Below are positions 59,436 through 64,000 of a DNA stretch of 64,000 bases, in pieces. The DNA is from Alphaproteobacteria bacterium (GTDB lineage: Bacteria > Pseudomonadota > Alphaproteobacteria > SP197): NCBI GenBank assembly GCA_964291415.2, contig OZ219918.1, positions 320,001-384,000 of the forward strand. The letters are read 5' to 3'. The notes under the pieces were generated by a model. It was not told the DNA's origin and did no database searches. It worked only from the letters and a program-made list of their open reading frames with translations. Position 1 is the first letter of the stretch. Each line of letters begins with the position of its first letter. The translations under genes were made by a program, and so were the position numbers.

Positions 59436-60536
59436 CTATCCGTAGACTGCGACCGGGTTGCCCACCGACCGACGATCGAGGTCGACACCGAGGCCCGGCA
59501 TTTCGCTGGCCCGCATCGTACCGTCGGTTCGACAGGGCCCGCCCGTCGCGGTGTCGACCGTGACATAGCTGTTGAAGTCGGTCGAAGAGAAGCGAACGCG
59601 TTCGGGCGTCGAATGGGCGAGATGGGCGATCGCCGCCGTCACGATATCCGATCCCCAGCTGTCTTCGATTGTCATCGCAATTCCGAGCGTAGCGCACACG
59701 TCGCGAATCACGCGTGCCTTCGACAATCCACCCACCTTCGAGATCTTCAGGTTGATGTTGTCCATTGCGCCGTCGTGGTAGGCACGCAGGAGTATCGCAA
59801 GGCTGTCGATGTTCTCGTCAAGGATGAAGGGCCGCGCGGTCCGCGAGCGAACGGTCAGGCATTCCTCATAGCTCTTGCACGGTTGTTCGATGTAGACGTC
59901 GCAGTCCGCCACGGCGTCGACGACACGGGCGGCCTCATGCGCCAGCCAGCCGGTGTTGGCATCGGCAACAAGAATCTCACCGCGATCGAGGATCTCGCGC
60001 GCCAGAATGATACGCTCGATGTCCTCGTCCGGGTTGCCGCCGACCTTGAGCTGGAACTTCCCGTATCCCTGGTCCCTGTAGGACGCGACATTTCGTGCCA
60101 TGTCCTTCGGTGGCAGCTGGCTGATGGCGCGATAGAGGTCGACGGCATCACCTTGACGCCCGCCCAACAAGTCGCAGACGGGCATGCCGGCGCGCTTGCC
60201 AAGCAGGTCCCAACACGCCATGTCGATGGCGGACTTGACGTACGGGTGGCCCAACAGCGCCGTATCCATGACCGTGTTGATCGTCGCCAGGTCGGTGGCA
60301 TTCAGCCCGATCAGGTGTGGCGCAAGTTCCTCAATGCCCGCGCGGGCCCCCTTGCCGAATGCCGGCAGGTAGAAGGGGCCAAGGGGACACACTTCGCCGA
60401 TCCCCGTGGTGTCGTCGGTTATGACCTCGACGATCGTGCTGTCGAACACCTCGACGTACTTGCCTTCGGCCCAGGAGTAGCGGCCTTCCACCAACGGCAA
60501 TTCGACCTGGTAGACCTTGAGTTGCCTGATTCGCAT
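59436..60536 (-). CDS. Enolase-superfamily enzyme, probable cis-3-hydroxy-L-proline dehydratase
   Basis: EGRYSW, CPLG..YLP, YRAISQ, FQLKVG, ADAN, IEQP, LDE, NLKISK, IEDSWG. Confidence 0.82.
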   Translation of the reverse strand: MRIRQLKVYQVELPLVEGRYSWAEGKYVEVFDSTIVEVITDDTTGIGEVCPLGPFYLPAFGKGARAGIEELAPHLIGLNATDLATINTVMDTALLGHPYVKSAIDMACWDLLGKRAGMPVCDLLGGRQGDAVDLYRAISQLPPKDMARNVASYRDQGYGKFQLKVGGNPDEDIERIILAREILDRGEILVADANTGWLAHEAARVVDAVADCDVYIEQPCKSYEECLTVRSRTARPFILDENIDSLAILLRAYHDGAMDNINLKISKVGGLSKARVIRDVCATLGIAMTIEDSWGSDIVTAAIAHLAHSTPERVRFSSTDFNSYVTVDTATGGPCRTDGTMRASEMPGLGVDLDRRSVGNPVAVYG

Positions 60537-60568
60537 GAGTGAAGTCCCCGTATGAGCCCGATGCGCCG

Positions 60569-61291
60569 TCAGCGGACCTTGGCAAGGAAGCGTTGTGTCT
60601 TTTCGGATTGTGCCGCACCGAATATCTGGGACGGCGGGCCGATCTCCTCGATACGGCCCTCGTCGACAAAGGCGACCCGGTCGGACACGTCGCGCGCGAA
60701 GCCCATTTCGTGGGTGACGCAGATCATCGTCGCTCCCTCGTTGGCGAGCAGCCGCATCGTGTCGAGAACCTCTCCCACCAGTTCCGGGTCCAGCGCAGAG
60801 GTCGCTTCGTCGAACAGCATGTAGTCCGGTTCCATGGCCAGCGCCCGGGCGATCGCCAGGCGTTGCTGCTGGCCGCCCGACAGCTTCGAGGGATAGACGT
60901 CCAGCTTGTCGCCCAGCCCCACGTGCTCGAGTTGCGCCCTGGCGATGTCGCGGGCCTCGGCACGCGATTTCCTCTTCACGATCCTGGGCGCGAGAGCGAC
61001 GTTTTCCAGGGCCGTAAGATGCGGAAACGAATTCCATTGCTGGAACACCATTCCGAGGCGCTGCCGCAACCTGTTGAGATTGGTATCGCGTCCGTGCACG
61101 TCTTCGCCGTCGACAAGGATCCGCCCGCCCTGGATCGATTCGAGGCCGTTGATGCAATAGAGCAGGGTCGACTTGCCCGATCCGCTGGCACCGATGATGC
61201 TGATGACCTCGCCGTTGTGAACGGTGAGGTCGATGCCGCGAAGTACTTCGAGCGGACCGAACGACTTGCGTACACCTTCGATTTCAATCAT
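60569..61291 (-). CDS. Amino-acid ABC ATP-binding protein
   Basis: [27 protein letters not shown]. Confidence 0.95.
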   Translation of the reverse strand: MIEIEGVRKSFGPLEVLRGIDLTVHNGEVISIIGASGSGKSTLLYCINGLESIQGGRILVDGEDVHGRDTNLNRLRQRLGMVFQQWNSFPHLTALENVALAPRIVKRKSRAEARDIARAQLEHVGLGDKLDVYPSKLSGGQQQRLAIARALAMEPDYMLFDEATSALDPELVGEVLDTMRLLANEGATMICVTHEMGFARDVSDRVAFVDEGRIEEIGPPSQIFGAAQSEKTQRFLAKVR

Positions 61292-61955
61292 GGCTCCATC
61301 TCCTCTCCAGCCGCTCGGACAAGCGGGCGATCGGGAACGAGAGTGCAAAGTAGAAGGCACCGACGACCGCCAGAACGAGGAAGGGTTCCTGCGTTCTGGT
61401 GATCAGGATCTGGGAAGCGCGCAACAGCTCCATGTAGCCAAGCACGGACACAAGGGCCGTGTCCTTGAGGACTCCGAGCGCGACGCCGGTCCACGAGGGC
61501 AACACCGCACGAATGCCGATTGGCCAGACGACGTAGCGCAGGTCCTGCCAGTAGCTCATGCCGAGGGAGCGGGCCGCGCGGCGGGTCGAAACCGACACCG
61601 CCTCGATGCCGCCGCGCGCAACCTGCGCGACAAGGGCACTGGTGTACATGACCAGGACCAGGGTGCCCGCCCCGAAGGGATCAAGCGGAAAGCCGACGAT
61701 CGGGAAGAAGTTGAAGAACAGGACGAGCTGAATGATCAATGGCACGCTGCGGAAGATGTCGAGGACCCAGCCAAGGGTCGCGGCGCCATACCAGCGGCCG
61801 ATCGAAAGCAGCCATCCGAACGCGATGCCGAGCACCGTACCGCCCGAGATTCCGAGCACGGAGATCAGCAGGGTTCGCCCGGCCGCCTCAAGCAGGAACC
61901 AGAGGTCTTCGGCCCTGAAGCTGGTGAAGAACTCTATGGAGTCGGATTCGGACAT
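61284..61955 (-). CDS. Amino-acid ABC permease
   Basis: FRSVPLIIQL, AARSLGMS, KDTALVS. Confidence 0.92.
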   Translation of the reverse strand: MSESDSIEFFTSFRAEDLWFLLEAAGRTLLISVLGISGGTVLGIAFGWLLSIGRWYGAATLGWVLDIFRSVPLIIQLVLFFNFFPIVGFPLDPFGAGTLVLVMYTSALVAQVARGGIEAVSVSTRRAARSLGMSYWQDLRYVVWPIGIRAVLPSWTGVALGVLKDTALVSVLGYMELLRASQILITRTQEPFLVLAVVGAFYFALSFPIARLSERLERRWSHD

Positions 61956-61967
61956 TCACGGGCTCCG

Positions 61968-62627
61968 TCAATACCGGAACAGGCGCCAGGCGATCAGCCT
62001 GGACGCGCCGAGGATGATCTTGACCAGCCCGTAGTAGATGGCGGCGGTGAACAGGAAGTACTCGAATATGCGGAATGTCTTGGACGCGAGAAACTGGGTC
62101 TCTCCGGTCAGTTCGCGGAACCCGACGAGCATGCCGAGAGAGCTCATCAACACCGCCCACACCATCTGATTGGTCATGGGGTAGTACACGATACGGAAGA
62201 CCTGCGGGATGATGATGCGGACATATGTCTGGACTGCAGACATGCCGAGAGAGCGCGCCGCCCGGTACTGAGTATCGGGGATGGCATTGAAGCCGCCCCG
62301 GAAATTCTCGGCGAGATAGCCTGCGTTGTTGAACGAGAGTCCGCATAGAACGATCATGTAGGGGCTCAGATGGAATCCAAATGCGCCGAGGCCGAAGCCG
62401 AAGAAGAAGAGCTGGAGCAAAGCGGGAGTGTTGCGTGCAATCTCGATCCAGCCAACCGCGAACCAGACCGTCGAACGCTTGCGCGACATCCTGATCAATG
62501 CCAGGACGAGGCCGATCAGGATACCGATCACCATTGACAACACGGCTACTTCGAGCGTCACGAGAGCCGCCTCGAGCAGGTCCGGGAGCTTCCGGATCAC
62601 AGGTCGCCAATGAAAGGTGTAATCCAC
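61968..62627 (-). CDS. Amino-acid ABC permease
   Basis: MDYTFHW, ARNTPALLQ, AGYLAENFRGG. Confidence 0.92.
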   Translation of the reverse strand: MDYTFHWRPVIRKLPDLLEAALVTLEVAVLSMVIGILIGLVLALIRMSRKRSTVWFAVGWIEIARNTPALLQLFFFGFGLGAFGFHLSPYMIVLCGLSFNNAGYLAENFRGGFNAIPDTQYRAARSLGMSAVQTYVRIIIPQVFRIVYYPMTNQMVWAVLMSSLGMLVGFRELTGETQFLASKTFRIFEYFLFTAAIYYGLVKIILGASRLIAWRLFRY

Positions 62628-62709
62628 CTGTTCGCCTCCCGCCGACCGTCGAAGTTGCAGCTATCGTCACATTATCGGACCAACACCTGGATTTGCGCTA
62701 CTGGTTAAG

Positions 62710-62750
62710 GAATGGGGCGAGGGATCTCCCGAGATCCCCGCCCCACATTC
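62710..62750 (-). terminator. Intercistronic hairpin after the binding-protein gene
   Basis: GGGGCGAGGGATCT...AGATCCCCGCCCC stem. Confidence 0.55.
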
Positions 62751-62818
62751 CAACGCGCCGCGGCGGCCGGTTGCACCGGCGGTGGTGCGTCAGCCACCGC
62801 CGCGGGTGACGGACGGAA

Positions 62819-63634
62819 TCAGTACATCACGCCCGGAATACGGAGTTCGGGAGCCTCGCCACCCACGAACCGGCCCCAGAGTTCCTGATAGCGGCCGGAG
62901 CGCACCTGGTGGGTGATGAAGAGATTCAGATAGTTGATCCACCCGAAGTCCTTGCGCGGCGCCACCACCGACGTGTAATCCGTCGTCCAGGGCATGCGCG
63001 GCCCTGCGATCACGGTGTCATACTGCGCGACAATGGGCTTGACTGCCGTGTTGGTCGTGATGCCGACGTCCGCCTTTCCCTGGGCTACCGCGAGGAACAC
63101 CTCGTTCTCGCTCTGGTAGCCCTGATAGAGATCTTCCACGCCCCATTCCTCCGCGTACTTCAGGTACTCCTGTTCAGGAATGGTGCCGACTGCAGCGGCG
63201 ACACGCTTGCCCCTCAGGTCCTCGAAGGTCACGACACCGGAGTCGATCCCGACCACGGCCTGCGCGTAGTAGATGGCATACGGGATCGTAAAGCCGACGG
63301 TCTTTGCACGCTCGAGCGAATCCGAGGTTCCGCCGAACACGACGTCCGCGCGATTCGTCACGATCGAAGGCAGGCGCTCGGCCCAGGTCACAGGCAGAAT
63401 CTCGTAGTCGACCTCGAGTGCGGCGGCCAGATCCCTGCAGTACTCAACGTCGAACCCGGCAGGTTCGTTGTTCTCGTCCCGATACCCGATGGGCGGGAAA
63501 TCGAGAACGACGGCGCAGCGCACGAGGCCATCGTTGATGATGTCATCCAGCTTGTCGGCTCTGGCGTCCTGCGTGGCCGCAACAGCAAAAAACACGGCAA
63601 CGGCTGCTACCGGAGCGAGATATCCACGTTTCAT
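62819..63634 (-). CDS. Amino-acid ABC substrate-binding protein (hydroxyproline HypM/LhpP-like)
   Basis: Signal peptide, DKLDDII...RCAVVLDFPP.G.RD, TSDSLERAKTVGF. Confidence 0.88.
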   Translation of the reverse strand: MKRGYLAPVAAVAVFFAVAATQDARADKLDDIINDGLVRCAVVLDFPPIGYRDENNEPAGFDVEYCRDLAAALEVDYEILPVTWAERLPSIVTNRADVVFGGTSDSLERAKTVGFTIPYAIYYAQAVVGIDSGVVTFEDLRGKRVAAAVGTIPEQEYLKYAEEWGVEDLYQGYQSENEVFLAVAQGKADVGITTNTAVKPIVAQYDTVIAGPRMPWTTDYTSVVAPRKDFGWINYLNLFITHQVRSGRYQELWGRFVGGEAPELRIPGVMY

Positions 63635-63711
63635 AGTCCATACTCCCCATGTGATCGTCCTGCCCTCGCTGGAACGAGGCCCAGAGGGGCCAGTTGCAGA
63701 AGCATGCCATG

Positions 63712-63738
63712 TTCCATACAACGTGTATGCAAAGTCAA
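63712..63738 (-). promoter_or_regulatory. -35 hexamer plus tandem HypR-like operator boxes
   Basis: Minus strand reads TTGACT-TTGCATACAC-G-TTGTATGGAA; palindrome CATACA-N3-TGTATG. Confidence 0.55.
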
Positions 63739-64000
63739 GGCCTTTCGCAGCCGTGCTTCTCGCCAGGTCATCGGTGCGTGTGCACGCGTGTTGTGCATTG
63801 CGATCCGGTGGGCCGGAACGGGACCGCGCTGCTCGAACTGGGGAGCAAGGGATTGTCAGGAATGAAGGCCCGGGTGTTTCGGTGTGACCCCCATGCGTTC
63901 TAGGAGCCCAGTCGCTTCAGCGACGGACTGTGCGGCGCCACTCAATGGCCTTGTTCCGGGATGCGACGCCGTGTCGGGAGGGCGCGCGGCGTATGCGGCA

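Noticed and set aside
1-64000. CRISPR array, tRNA/rRNA, prophage or transposase
   Set aside because: No regularly spaced repeats, cloverleaf or hallmark proteins seen on manual reading; short or degenerate cases could be missed.

Overview
High-GC chromosomal window from an alphaproteobacterium (Rhodospirillales-like gene set, inferred). It has about 55 CDS and no rRNA, tRNA, CRISPR array, prophage or transposase that I could see. The left third is mostly core genome: ddpX, a polysaccharide deacetylase, a Bax-like glucosaminidase, nfu, usp, TIGR02186/TauE, ftsK, an aminotransferase, an amidase and a UbiH-family hydroxylase. The rest is a dense patchwork of catabolic genes for small nitrogen compounds: two polar amino-acid ABC systems, two orphan Tat-exported family-5 binding proteins, a PhyH/MttB/ALDH/ADH operon, hydantoinase A/B with a creatinase-like M24 enzyme, and a 3-/4-hydroxyproline cluster with shared GntR-type operators. 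The most notable observations are: (1) a fused LeuD-LeuC aconitase-family enzyme with a remodelled active site, sitting between an orphan binding protein and a 2OG-Fe(II) oxygenase; (2) a 298-bp IS1595-like MITE (23-bp terminal inverted repeats, 8-bp target duplication) inserted at the junction of a decayed RelE-family toxin and its intact antitoxin; (3) an eroded aldehyde dehydrogenase pseudogene inside the hydroxyproline operon; (4) a degenerate cobalamin-riboswitch-like leader; (5) single-base frameshifts in the SDR and PhyH genes. All calls come from manual motif reading and recalled family patterns; no searches were run.
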